DNA from: Minisyncoccia bacterium
Lineage (GTDB): Bacteria; Patescibacteriota; Minisyncoccia; SW-4-49-11
NCBI GenBank assembly: GCA_044356325.1
Contig: JBIKWJ010000001.1
Location: 152,992-216,991 of the forward strand
Direction: 5' to 3'
DNA: 64,000 bases
Shown here in pieces: positions 47,480 to 57,374 of the stretch. The notes beneath the pieces are model-generated. The model ran no database searches. It had not been told where the DNA came from and saw only the letters and a program-made list of their open reading frames with translations. A program made the position numbers and the translations under genes. Every line of letters starts with the position of its first letter. Positions within the stretch are counted from its first letter, which is position 1.

Positions 47480-47962
47480 TTAGTTTACTTTTATTAACCC
47501 TGAGTTTGTCACGGTGATTGTCTTTGCTACAACCCCTGATAATTCTAATTGTAATGATTTTTCGCCAACTGTATTAGTTGCAAAAGGAAGTCTAAATTCA
47601 AATGCTCCTGTTGCTGTTCCAAAACTTGCAGCACTTAATACAATTTCCTCTCCATAATCTTCAGTATCATTGCAAGCCCCTCCAACTCCATCAACTACAT
47701 AATAAGATTGTAGTTTTTTCTGAGCATTAAAACGTACTCCCATAGCACAAAGTTTATCATTAACTCCCATTCCCAAATCACCGGTAGAGGGTGATAAAGC
47801 TCTATTCTGAGCTTGTCTGATAGCAGAGGTTACAGTTATTACATCTGCTTTTAATTTTGCACTACGCTGAGTAGTGATATAGGATTGTACTCCAATAGTA
47901 GATAATATAGTAATAATAGAAATAGATACGAGTAGCTCTGCTAATGTGAATCCTTTTTGCAT
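47480..47962 (-). CDS. Type IV minor pilin / pseudopilin
   Basis: 160 aa. MQKGFTLAELLVSISII prepilin-type N-terminal cleavage/methylation motif. Confidence 0.65.
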   Translation of the reverse strand: MQKGFTLAELLVSISIITILSTIGVQSYITTQRSAKLKADVITVTSAIRQAQNRALSPSTGDLGMGVNDKLCAMGVRFNAQKKLQSYYVVDGVGGACNDTEDYGEEIVLSAASFGTATGAFEFRLPFATNTVGEKSLQLELSGVVAKTITVTNSGLIKVN

Positions 47963-47964
47963 TT

Positions 47965-48798
47965 TTATATATTAAGTATAATCCAATAATACCATATATT
48001 AATAGGTGGGACAAGCTGAATTTGAATTAAGGTATATACTATTACAAATGAAAGTATAATACTTGGTCCAAAAGCAATTTTTTGCTTGAGAGAAGAATTC
48101 CGATTCATAAGCATTACCCATATTCCCCATATCATTCCTATCACAAATGAGCCAAAGAAAAATGGAACAAACCACATCAAAGGGATAAATAATCCGAGTC
48201 CCGCAAATAATTCCACATCCCCCCAACCTATACCCTGTTTTTTGGTAATAATATATAAGAATAATACAATACCAGCACTAGTAATAGCGGTTATGAGTGA
48301 ATCGGGTATAATTGGTCTTGTTTGATAATACTCTAGACAGAAATATATTAGTCCCAATATTTGTATAGCACGTAGCTGAATTATGGAAATCAATTGATAC
48401 CGTAAATCATATACAAAGACAATAATAAGTTGAGTTATAAGAATAAATATAATAAGCCCTCGTATATACTGTATTGGAGTAAATGTATACAGAGATACTA
48501 AATCTGGAATATACAAATAAGCAAATCCTGTAAAAAGAACGGCTGTTAATAATTCTACAAGAGGGTATTGCAGAGATAATTTCACTTGACATTCTCTACA
48601 TCTACCCTTTTGTATAATATAAGACAATAGTGGTATAAGCTCATACCATTCAAGAGTATGATGACAAGACATACATTCTGATCTACCATTCCAAAATTTT
48701 TTCTCGCTGGTCATCCTGAATAATACCACATTCAAAAAACTCCCTATACCTAAACCTAAAATAAATATTATTCCTAATATATAATATATTGCATCCAT
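47965..48798 (-). CDS. pilD: Prepilin peptidase (A24 family)
   Basis: 277 aa. N-terminal CxxC...CxxC zinc-binding region, polytopic TM body with conserved Asp residues. Confidence 0.8.
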   Translation of the reverse strand: MDAIYYILGIIFILGLGIGSFLNVVLFRMTSEKKFWNGRSECMSCHHTLEWYELIPLLSYIIQKGRCRECQVKLSLQYPLVELLTAVLFTGFAYLYIPDLVSLYTFTPIQYIRGLIIFILITQLIIVFVYDLRYQLISIIQLRAIQILGLIYFCLEYYQTRPIIPDSLITAITSAGIVLFLYIITKKQGIGWGDVELFAGLGLFIPLMWFVPFFFGSFVIGMIWGIWVMLMNRNSSLKQKIAFGPSIILSFVIVYTLIQIQLVPPINIWYYWIILNI

Positions 48799-48889
48799 AT
48801 TATTTTATTTGTCTGTATACACAATATATTCCAATTATTTTGATAGATAAAAGATTAAATAATCTCTTATCTATACAAAGTAATTTGAA

Positions 48890-49276
48890 TTATGGACAAG
48901 CAACGGCAGTTGCTGCTGGCGCAGACGTAAGATTCTTTGAGACTCCCGCACTATCAACACAATAAAATCCTCCTGAAGGAAGAGCTGACCATGACACAAA
49001 AGTTGTTCCCAAAGCACTACTTTCACTCAAACTACCCCCATTATTAGAGATTGTAGTTCTAATTGGTGAACTAGATGGTGTGGCAACATAACCAGTACCA
49101 GGATTATTTAACTCTTTATCTGATCTAATTTGTGCTAAAGCTGATATAATTGCAGTATCTCTCGCCTTAGTACGAGCACTTGACACATTCACCAATACTA
49201 CTGCAGCTAAAATACCAATAATAGCAATAACTACAAGTAATTCGATAAGTGTAAATCCTTTTCTTAATTGTTTCAT
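48890..49276 (-). CDS. pilA: Type IV major pilin candidate
   Basis: 128 aa. MKQLRKGFTLIELLVVIAIIGILAAV canonical class III signal. C-terminal Cys pair forms a disulfide-bonded loop. Confidence 0.75.
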   Translation of the reverse strand: MKQLRKGFTLIELLVVIAIIGILAAVVLVNVSSARTKARDTAIISALAQIRSDKELNNPGTGYVATPSSSPIRTTISNNGGSLSESSALGTTFVSWSALPSGGFYCVDSAGVSKNLTSAPAATAVACP

Positions 49277-49335
49277 TTATTTACACCCCCCTTCCGCATA
49301 TATATTCTTATTTATATTTTAATTCTAAGTATATT

Positions 49336-50553
49336 TTATAATGTTCCTGCTATATTGTAAATAGGTAACATTATGGATACCACAAATATAGCGACTCCTA
49401 TCCCTAATACTACTATCATTACAGGCTCTATTAATACCGTTAAATTATCCACAATAACATCTACTTCTTTTGTATAAAAAGTAGACAAAGTTTTAAGTAC
49501 TGATTGTGTTTTACCTGTTTTTTCTCCTACCTTCATAATTTGTGTTGCAATCAGAGGAAATTCTGGGTGTCGGGCAAATGCTTTTGTCATCTCTGATCCC
49601 GCTTTTATTTCATTGACAGCCTCCTTAATAATTCCTGTAAAAACAAAATTATCAACTATATCTGAGCTAATTTCAAGACATCTAATAATGGGAATTCCTC
49701 CCGCTATTAGAGTTGACATATTAGTGGAAAACTGAGTAATATATATTTTGGTAAATAAAGATCCAAATATTGGTAATCTTAATTTCCATTTATCACTCCA
49801 GCGTTTACCAGCTATTGTACGCAAATAATACCAAAACACCCCTGCAATAGCTATTATTCCTCCTAATATAAGTAAAATATATTGTTGTATAATATCTGAA
49901 ATCCAAATAATTATCTGAGTTGTAATAGGTAATTTAACATCAGATCCAAGGCTATCCAATACAGTAACTAATTGCGGCAAAACATAATAAGAAATACCAA
50001 GTCCAATTATTACAAATATTGATAATACAACAGTCGGATAAAGCAAGGCCCCTCTTACCTTATTATTAAGATCATATTGACTCTCCAGATAAGTAGCCAA
50101 ATAAGCAAGTGATCCTTGTAACCCGCCAGAAACTTCTCCAGAATTAACCATAGCAACATATAATGATTTAAATACCTTAGGATGCTTAGCTATTGCTTCA
50201 GAGAATAAACCCCCGTCTTGGACATCCGCTATTATTTGATCTAATACAAGAGCAAAATACTTATTTTTTTTATTTTGTTCTCTTAGGTCAGCAAGTGCAT
50301 CAACAAGAGGAATCTGTACTTCAAGAAAAGTAGCTAATACTCGAGAAAATAAAACTAATTCCCGATCTGAAACTTTATTGAACAATGCTAAATCTTGCTT
50401 AAAAACAGATTGTTGATTTGTATTTTTAAGAGAAATAATAATAAGACCTTTTGACTGTAAATCTGTTATAGCAATATCTTCATTGAGTGCTGTTATAAAG
50501 CCCTGTACTGTACGTCCATTTTGTGATTTTGCTAAATAACTAAATTTTACCAT
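49336..50553 (-). CDS. pilC: Type IV pilus inner-membrane platform protein (GspF/PilC family)
   Basis: 405 aa. Duplicated GspF-type domain with three TM segments. Confidence 0.8.
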   Translation of the reverse strand: MVKFSYLAKSQNGRTVQGFITALNEDIAITDLQSKGLIIISLKNTNQQSVFKQDLALFNKVSDRELVLFSRVLATFLEVQIPLVDALADLREQNKKNKYFALVLDQIIADVQDGGLFSEAIAKHPKVFKSLYVAMVNSGEVSGGLQGSLAYLATYLESQYDLNNKVRGALLYPTVVLSIFVIIGLGISYYVLPQLVTVLDSLGSDVKLPITTQIIIWISDIIQQYILLILGGIIAIAGVFWYYLRTIAGKRWSDKWKLRLPIFGSLFTKIYITQFSTNMSTLIAGGIPIIRCLEISSDIVDNFVFTGIIKEAVNEIKAGSEMTKAFARHPEFPLIATQIMKVGEKTGKTQSVLKTLSTFYTKEVDVIVDNLTVLIEPVMIVVLGIGVAIFVVSIMLPIYNIAGTL

Positions 50554-50571
50554 ATATATAGTCTCTTATTT

Positions 50572-51645
50572 TTATGATGTTGCTCTTTTTAACATATTAC
50601 TAAGATTCATTGGGTCTGGAGAGTATAGTAATGCCGTCTCAAAAGAAACGACTCCTGTTCGAATAAGATCAAACAATGATACATTCATAGACACCATACC
50701 TTCTTTACGATGAGTCTCTATCACAGTATCTAATTGATAAATTCGATTTTCCCGAATAAGACTTTTTACTGCATTATTAGCTAATAAAATTTCAAGTGCA
50801 GGAGTAAGATCTCCGTTAACAGTAGGAATAAGTCTCTGGGAAATGACGGCCTGAAGGGAAGTTGCTAATTGTGATCTTACCTGTCCTTGCTGATGAGTAG
50901 GGAACGTATCTATAATACGATCGATAGATTGAGCAGCACTATTAGTATGTAATGTAGAAAACACTAGATGACCTGTCTCAGCAGCTGTAACTGCAACTTG
51001 CACGGTATTAAGATCTCTCATTTCTCCAACGAGAATTACGTCTATATCCTGGCGAAATGATGATTCAAGAGCATTAGTAAAACTGCCTGTATCGTATCCA
51101 ACTTCTCTTTGGGTAATAATGCTTTTATCAGAACTGTAAATAAACTCAATAGGATCCTCAATGGTAACAATTTTGACATCACGGGTATGATTTATATCAT
51201 TAATAATCGAGGCCAATGTAGTAGATTTACCAGATCCAGTTGGTCCCGTAACAAGTATAAGACCCTGCATTAGTTGAGAAAATTGACGTACTACGGATGG
51301 CAATCCCAATTGATCAAATGTTAAAATTTCTGATGGTAAATATCGCATAACAAGATTTGGATTCCCCTGAGCAATAAAAGCATTTACACGAAATCGAGCA
51401 TTACCCTCTACGAATGTATAAGCAAAATCTTGTTCTTTTCCACCATATAAAGCTAATATTTGATCTTCTCGTAAAATAATCTTTAAAAACTCATCGAGAG
51501 CTTCTTTTGTTAGGATAGGTTGATCTTCAAGTACAAGCAATCTATTTTTAACTCTTAATACAGGCTTATTACCTGTAATAAGATGTATATCGGATCCTTT
51601 TGCACTCATTATTTGTGTTATGATTGATTGTAAATCGATGATCAT
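50572..51645 (-). CDS. pilT: Twitching-motility retraction ATPase
   Basis: 357 aa. Walker A GPTGSGKSTT, Asp box, His box. Short PilT-type architecture with no N-terminal GSPII domain. Confidence 0.8.
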   Translation of the reverse strand: MIIDLQSIITQIMSAKGSDIHLITGNKPVLRVKNRLLVLEDQPILTKEALDEFLKIILREDQILALYGGKEQDFAYTFVEGNARFRVNAFIAQGNPNLVMRYLPSEILTFDQLGLPSVVRQFSQLMQGLILVTGPTGSGKSTTLASIINDINHTRDVKIVTIEDPIEFIYSSDKSIITQREVGYDTGSFTNALESSFRQDIDVILVGEMRDLNTVQVAVTAAETGHLVFSTLHTNSAAQSIDRIIDTFPTHQQGQVRSQLATSLQAVISQRLIPTVNGDLTPALEILLANNAVKSLIRENRIYQLDTVIETHRKEGMVSMNVSLFDLIRTGVVSFETALLYSPDPMNLSNMLKRATS

Positions 51646-51657
51646 ATGTATGTTATT

Positions 51658-52038
51658 TTAAGATGTTGGTAAGTACTTTTTTACTGTACGCATTACCTCT
51701 GTAGGAGTATAATTTGATTTTACAATATAATCAACCGCTCCTAATTCAAAAGCTTGATTTATATCCGCCTGAGAAGATAAATTACTCAAAACTACAACAG
51801 GAATATCCTTAAGCTGGGGTTTCTTTTTTATCCACTGCAATATATCAAACCCTCCAACGTCTGGGAGTATAAGATCTAGAAGAATCAAACTAACTTGACT
51901 GTTGCTTTGAGTAAGAATATCTTTTACTTCTGATTGATTAGAGGCAGTCAAAACACTAAATCCTAATTCATCAATTTTTGTAGCATACATCTGTGTGATA
52001 AAGCTGTCATCTTCAATTAATAATATGTAATTCTTCAT
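51658..52038 (-). CDS. Stand-alone response-regulator receiver domain (CheY/PilH-like)
   Basis: 126 aa. LLIEDD...D...LILLDLILP...K receiver residues. Located between pilB and pilT. Confidence 0.7.
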   Translation of the reverse strand: MKNYILLIEDDSFITQMYATKIDELGFSVLTASNQSEVKDILTQSNSQVSLILLDLILPDVGGFDILQWIKKKPQLKDIPVVVLSNLSSQADINQAFELGAVDYIVKSNYTPTEVMRTVKKYLPTS

Positions 52039-52099
52039 ATGTATATATTTTTATTTACTCTTATTCTGTATTGATAATATCATATGTTTATTATTTTGC

Positions 52100-53848
52100 C
52101 TATACCTCTATAGTTGTTAATAATTCAGGCAAAGAAAGATGACCCTGTAATACTTTTAATATTCCATCTTGTTTTAAGGTAACATAATTATGAGCTCTTA
52201 GATATTCAGAAACATCTTTTTCATTGAAGTTTTTTTCTACAATTGCCTGTAATTCTTCTGTCATTACTACTACTTCAAAAATACACATTCTTCCTTTAAA
52301 CCCATTACTACATTTAGCACATCCAACGGGAATATATAATGAATCATAGTTACCCGTATATATTTCTCGTATATAATCTTGACTCAATGAGCTAATAGCC
52401 TCTTGAACATATTCTTTTTCTTTTCCCTCCAAAGGGACTTCCTTTTTACAGTCTGGACATAGTTTTCTTACCAATCGCTGAGCAATAACTATTTGAAGGG
52501 CTGCAGAAAGTAAAAATGGCTCCACCCCCATATCAATAAGTCGAGGCAAAGCACCGGGAGCATCATTAGTATGCAATGTTGAAAAAACAATATGCCCAGT
52601 CAAGGCTGACTGTACCGCAAGTCCCGCAGTCTCACCATCTCGAATCTCACCAACCATAATAATATCAGGATCTTGTCGTAAAATTGATCTAAGACCTGAT
52701 GCAAAGGTATAGTTGATTTCTGGTTTTACTTGAGATTGATTAACACCAGACAAATAATACTCTATTGGATCTTCTAAGGTTACAATATTAATATCTTCAG
52801 TATTAACTTGAGATAAAAGAGTATAAACTGTGGTCGATTTTCCTGATCCTGTTGGACCTGTTAACAAAATCATACCAAATGGCTTTTTGATTCCTTCTTG
52901 AATCAAATTGACTCGAGGCCCAACAAATCCTAATTGCTCTAAAGATCTAATGCCATCTGAAGTGTCTAAAATTCTCAACACCACCTTTTCTCCATATTGA
53001 GTAGGGAATGTAGATACACGAAAATCTACTTTTTTATCCTTATCTAAAATAGAAAATCTTCCATCTTGTGGCTTTCTCTGTTCATCAATTTTAAGATTTG
53101 ATAAAATCTTAATACGAGCAACAACAGGAGAATAAGTATCCTTAGGTAAAATCAAACTCGTATGTAATACCCCATCTACGCGAAATCTTACTCGTACTGA
53201 TTCATCAGTACCTTCAATATGTATATCTGAAGCACCGCCTTCTACAGCATTTTTAATAATAACTGATACAATTTTAATAATAGGTGCAGTTTCTAAGTTT
53301 TCTGTTGTAATTCCAGTAACATCTGGTAATATTTGATCTTTTTCATTCTTTTGATGAAACTCTTCAAGATTTTCTGTAACTGCATTAGTTAAATTTGATG
53401 TTTTTTTGAGAGCTTGCTTAATATCTGATTCTATTGCTACAAACAATTCAAAAGATAGCTTCTTCTCTTGAAAAATAAATTTTAATGCTTGTAAAGCTGT
53501 ATAATTTTGAGGATCAGCTATAGCAATAGAAATTACACTATTTTCTTGGGCAAAAGGGATTAATGTATACCGTTGCATAATATGAGTCGGGAAAATATTA
53601 TATAATTCTGTTGGTATGATAATATTTTCTAAGTCTACAAATTCTAATCCCAAAATTTGAGCATTTACCCTTGCTAACTCTTTTTTCGTAAAATTCTGCT
53701 CAAGAAAAACCTTCAGTTCTTCTTCTGTCAAAGAATTAAAAGAAGGAATTGATTTCAACTTATCAGGAAAATCATTTTTTAGTGATTCAAATGTTTTTTT
53801 TAAATCTAATTGCATATTATAATTTAAAATAACTACTAATGGTATCAA
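52100..53848 (-). CDS. pilB: Type IV pilus assembly ATPase (GspE/PilB family)
   Basis: 582 aa. N-terminal GSPII-like domain, Walker A GPTGSGKSTT, C-terminal tetracysteine CPDC...CAKC. The true start may be the internal MQLDLKK. Confidence 0.85.
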   Translation of the reverse strand: MIPLVVILNYNMQLDLKKTFESLKNDFPDKLKSIPSFNSLTEEELKVFLEQNFTKKELARVNAQILGLEFVDLENIIIPTELYNIFPTHIMQRYTLIPFAQENSVISIAIADPQNYTALQALKFIFQEKKLSFELFVAIESDIKQALKKTSNLTNAVTENLEEFHQKNEKDQILPDVTGITTENLETAPIIKIVSVIIKNAVEGGASDIHIEGTDESVRVRFRVDGVLHTSLILPKDTYSPVVARIKILSNLKIDEQRKPQDGRFSILDKDKKVDFRVSTFPTQYGEKVVLRILDTSDGIRSLEQLGFVGPRVNLIQEGIKKPFGMILLTGPTGSGKSTTVYTLLSQVNTEDINIVTLEDPIEYYLSGVNQSQVKPEINYTFASGLRSILRQDPDIIMVGEIRDGETAGLAVQSALTGHIVFSTLHTNDAPGALPRLIDMGVEPFLLSAALQIVIAQRLVRKLCPDCKKEVPLEGKEKEYVQEAISSLSQDYIREIYTGNYDSLYIPVGCAKCSNGFKGRMCIFEVVVMTEELQAIVEKNFNEKDVSEYLRAHNYVTLKQDGILKVLQGHLSLPELLTTIEV

Positions 53849-53999
53849 AATTAGGTGTAACCATATCCGAATCCCCAGTAGATATATGATTTAATATGAT
53901 GGATAATACCCCATATCCAAAGTAAACCATAGCCATAATAGCACATAAAACTATAATTAATTTTTGATGTTTTCCAATCAGCTGAGAGATATTTTTCAT
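53817..53999 (-). CDS. Possible small single-TM protein between pilO and pilB
   Basis: 60 aa with one hydrophobic helix. Does not overlap pilB if pilB starts at its internal Met. Confidence 0.25.
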   Translation of the reverse strand: MKNISQLIGKHQKLIIVLCAIMAMVYFGYGVLSIILNHISTGDSDMVTPNFDTISSYFKL

Positions 54000-54001
54000 A
54001 T

Positions 54002-54589
54002 TTATTTATAATAGGTTATTGCATTTATAGTTCCTTCTACACCATCCAAACCTTTATCAAAAGATAAATTAACCGTATCAATTACTATATATCGTTTTGA
54101 TTGTGTTAATTTTTGCAAAAAGGTATATACTTCTCTTTTACCTCCTGTTATTTTTAATATTATTTTTACTGATTTAAAGGTATTAATAGAAACCTTATTA
54201 GCATCTAAATCATTAGTGTTTTTTACTTTTGTCATCTTCTCATTCATAGGAACAGGAATAGAAGGCATTTCAATACCCACCTCTTTTGTAACTTTCTCAT
54301 CCGTAGAAATAGAAGATATTTCAATATTAGCCTCTCTTGCAAATTGAGTTAACTCACTAGTAATCACCCCCTTATCTAATGTTTCTGGAGCAAATTCATT
54401 AATTCTTTTTACCAATTCTGCAGGGGATTTTTGATTAGCAAATGATTGCGTGATTTTTACTTTTCTTTGCAACTCCTTTAATTCAGATAATTTGTTAGTT
54501 AGAGAGTCGGAATAAAAATTGGTTATCGTCCAAATTAAAGTGATAAATATTATACAAAATAGCATGGGTAAAAGATTTTTTTTATTCAT
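54002..54589 (-). CDS. pilO: PilO-like pilus assembly protein
   Basis: 195 aa. N-terminal TM then a periplasmic coiled-coil. Identified by position between the pilN-like gene and pilB. Confidence 0.45.
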   Translation of the reverse strand: MNKKNLLPMLFCIIFITLIWTITNFYSDSLTNKLSELKELQRKVKITQSFANQKSPAELVKRINEFAPETLDKGVITSELTQFAREANIEISSISTDEKVTKEVGIEMPSIPVPMNEKMTKVKNTNDLDANKVSINTFKSVKIILKITGGKREVYTFLQKLTQSKRYIVIDTVNLSFDKGLDGVEGTINAITYYK

Positions 54590-54594
54590 ATCAT

Positions 54595-55137
54595 CTATTT
54601 TAACTTAATCGATATATTAAGATTCACGCCTCCCCCTTCAGAGCTTTTCGTAAGATCAGGATAAGAGACATCAATAATTCCTTTAACTTTTTTTATTTTA
54701 GCTATTTGTGAATTAGCAACTTCAAAAGAAGATGCTTCTGCTGAAAAAACAATACTCTTTTTTTGTTTATTATATGTCCAGGAATTTGTTTTGAAATCTG
54801 CATCATATGTTGCCTCAATTTCTTGGATAATTTCTGTTATATCATATGTCTGAGAAATTATAGTATTTACATTATATACTGTTTGTTCTAAATCATCTTT
54901 GGGATAATATATACTATTTTTTGCATTTAAATCTGATAAAATCTGAGTATATTTATTTGTAGGATTTATTACATAAAACCAATAAATACCACTTAATACT
55001 CCTATATATATGATTAATGCCGATACAAACCCAATAATATATCCTCGATAAGGATGTTTTTCTATTACAGTTACATATCCCTCTAAACCTTTTTGTGTAT
55101 TAGGAATAAAACTAATATTTTCCATATTATTCGACAT
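54595..55137 (-). CDS. pilN: PilN-like pilus assembly protein
   Basis: Single TM (IIGFVSALIIYIGVLSGIYWF) then a periplasmic domain. The start was chosen at MSNNMENISF, overlapping the pilM end by 11 nt; the track ORF runs to 55245. Confidence 0.45.
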   Translation of the reverse strand: MSNNMENISFIPNTQKGLEGYVTVIEKHPYRGYIIGFVSALIIYIGVLSGIYWFYVINPTNKYTQILSDLNAKNSIYYPKDDLEQTVYNVNTIISQTYDITEIIQEIEATYDADFKTNSWTYNKQKKSIVFSAEASSFEVANSQIAKIKKVKGIIDVSYPDLTKSSEGGGVNLNISIKLK

Positions 55138-56197
55138 AATCTTTAAGAGAAATTCCAATTGACAAAACCAAATCATGCCAAATTCTATGAAGAACATTTT
55201 CATCTTCAACCCCCTTAATACTAAGATTAGAATATGGCTTCGCAACTGTAATATTAACTTTTTGACCTAATCCTAATTGATTATTAATAACCAAATCAAC
55301 AAATTCTCGAATTCCTTCTGTTTTAGAAAATCCTCCTAATAATACAATATCTTGTATTTTTTCTTCATTATTATCTTGAAATTGCCTAATAATACGCAAC
55401 ACCTCATTTTCAAAAAAACTTTTAATAGCTGATTGTATCAAAGCTGAAACTTCTGAATTAGCACCCGTTATTCCATTTTCTTTTTTAAGTTTTTCAGCTT
55501 CTATACTTGATGTTTTTTGCAAACCAGAAATAGCATCTGTGATATGATTACCCCCAAAATCAAATGACTGTATAAGCTGTAATTGTTTTTCGGTATTAAC
55601 AATGCTGACTGTACTAGTTCTTGCTCCAATATCTACAATACATACCTGACTATTTGGCAAATCAATAGAACGAATAGTAGAAAATGCATCTAATTCAAAG
55701 CCTTTAATACTAATTCCCAAAACCTTGCTCACTTCAATATAGGTATTTACAACACTATTAGGAATAGCAATCAATAATATATTTAACTTATCTTTACCTT
55801 TATTCGGTCCTAAATTCATCCAATCTAACTGCACACTATTCAGAGGAACTGGAATATGCTGTTTTGCCTCAAGAGGAACAGCTGTTACTAATTCCTCATA
55901 TGACAAAATAGGAAAAGGGACAACCGCTGAGAAGGCAAGATACGAAGGTATCGCGATATATGCTTCCTTTATTTTCATTTGAGAAGCACTCAACATAGCC
56001 CGTATAATCCTTGTAATTTTATCTACAGAAATAATATTCTGCCCACCCCTTTCTTGAATAATATTATCTAAAGTATCATCCCAAATACTATAATTAATGA
56101 CAGATATTTTACCACCCTGTTTTTGAACTTCAGAAATTTTGATAGTTTGAGTACCAATATCAATACCAAACGAATTTTTTACTCCTAATCCTAACAT
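55127..56197 (-). CDS. pilM: Type IV pilus assembly ATPase-fold protein PilM (actin-like)
   Basis: 356 aa. N-terminal FGIDIGTQTIKI actin/Hsp70-fold phosphate-1 motif. First gene of the pil operon. Confidence 0.75.
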   Translation of the reverse strand: MLGLGVKNSFGIDIGTQTIKISEVQKQGGKISVINYSIWDDTLDNIIQERGGQNIISVDKITRIIRAMLSASQMKIKEAYIAIPSYLAFSAVVPFPILSYEELVTAVPLEAKQHIPVPLNSVQLDWMNLGPNKGKDKLNILLIAIPNSVVNTYIEVSKVLGISIKGFELDAFSTIRSIDLPNSQVCIVDIGARTSTVSIVNTEKQLQLIQSFDFGGNHITDAISGLQKTSSIEAEKLKKENGITGANSEVSALIQSAIKSFFENEVLRIIRQFQDNNEEKIQDIVLLGGFSKTEGIREFVDLVINNQLGLGQKVNITVAKPYSNLSIKGVEDENVLHRIWHDLVLSIGISLKDYVE

Positions 56198-56253
56198 TGT
56201 TTTTATTTATTGATATTATTCTATAGTATAATAATATCATAAGGCTTATAAGT

Positions 56254-56961
56254 ATGCAAGATTCATTATTTACATTATTACAAGATCACTTAATACCAAA
56301 TCAATGCATTATTTGTCATAAACTTCATATTTCAAATTTATGCCCTAATTGCCTATCCAAAATTCCTCATAAACCCAATATTTGGATACATAAAAACATA
56401 CAACAAAAGGCCTTATTTAGCCCCAAAATACACACAACTATTCAACCCAATCTTAATTCAGGCATATTAATGAGTATACTTACCTGCACCTCATTTAATG
56501 ACCCTATTATACGAAAAAGCATTCATTATCTCAAATATAAGAATATCCCCCAAATAGCCGAGCCTTTAGGAGCTATAATGCTTCGTACTCTTACCCAACA
56601 TATACGACTAAAATCAAATATTATTCTATGTCCCATTCCCCTTCATTCCAAACGATTACAATTTCGAAAATATAATCAATCTTTATTATTAGCTCAATAT
56701 TTAGCTAATAAGCTCAAATTACCACTTTATCTTGATTTACAGCGCATACGTGATACGCCCCAACAAATGCGCATAAAAGATAAACAGGATAGAATAAATA
56801 ATATGACAAACTCATTTCAAGCAAATTCAAAAGGCTTCAAAGACATTACCATAATTATCATTGATGATGTTACTACGACTTTATCCACAATTCAGGAAGC
56901 CGCAAAAGCCTTATCAAAACAGGGTTTTACTGATATACATGCTCTTATTTTAGCACATTAA
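56254..56961 (+). CDS. comFC: ComF-family protein (phosphoribosyltransferase-domain competence protein)
   Basis: 235 aa. N-terminal 4-Cys cluster CIIC...CPNC and a C-terminal PRTase motif IIIIDDVTTT. Confidence 0.7.
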   Translation: MQDSLFTLLQDHLIPNQCIICHKLHISNLCPNCLSKIPHKPNIWIHKNIQQKALFSPKIHTTIQPNLNSGILMSILTCTSFNDPIIRKSIHYLKYKNIPQIAEPLGAIMLRTLTQHIRLKSNIILCPIPLHSKRLQFRKYNQSLLLAQYLANKLKLPLYLDLQRIRDTPQQMRIKDKQDRINNMTNSFQANSKGFKDITIIIIDDVTTTLSTIQEAAKALSKQGFTDIHALILAH

Positions 56962-57047
56962 CGCAGGTCTATTATCAGGAGGAGAAAAGATATGATATAA
57001 TTACATCAAAGTTTATATAACTTTGATTAACAGATAAAAACACAGAG

Positions 57048-57371
57048 ATGGAAAGCACCGTAGACAAAGAATTTGTTTCATATATTGTCAAGTCAATTGT
57101 AGATAATCCTAATGATGTTCTGATTGAAAGAACCGTAGATGAAATGGGAGTATTAATAACATTACAAGTGAATCCTCGTGATATGGGTTATGTAATTGGA
57201 AAATCAGGGTCCACCGCTAAAGCTATTCGTTCTCTTCTCCGTATTGTGGGAGCTCGCAATAATGCTCGAGTCAATCTTAAAATCCTTGAACCAGAACAAG
57301 GAGCGAGAAATGAAACTCGATTAGCCAACTCAGAGGATATTAATAAAGCCGTAGATGATTTGGATCTCTAA
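57048..57371 (+). CDS. khpA: KH-domain RNA-binding protein (KhpA/YlqC-like)
   Basis: 107 aa. VIGKSGSTAKAIRSLL GXXG KH loop. Immediately upstream of trmD, as in many bacteria. Confidence 0.65.
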   Translation: MESTVDKEFVSYIVKSIVDNPNDVLIERTVDEMGVLITLQVNPRDMGYVIGKSGSTAKAIRSLLRIVGARNNARVNLKILEPEQGARNETRLANSEDINKAVDDLDL

Positions 57372-57374
57372 TAT

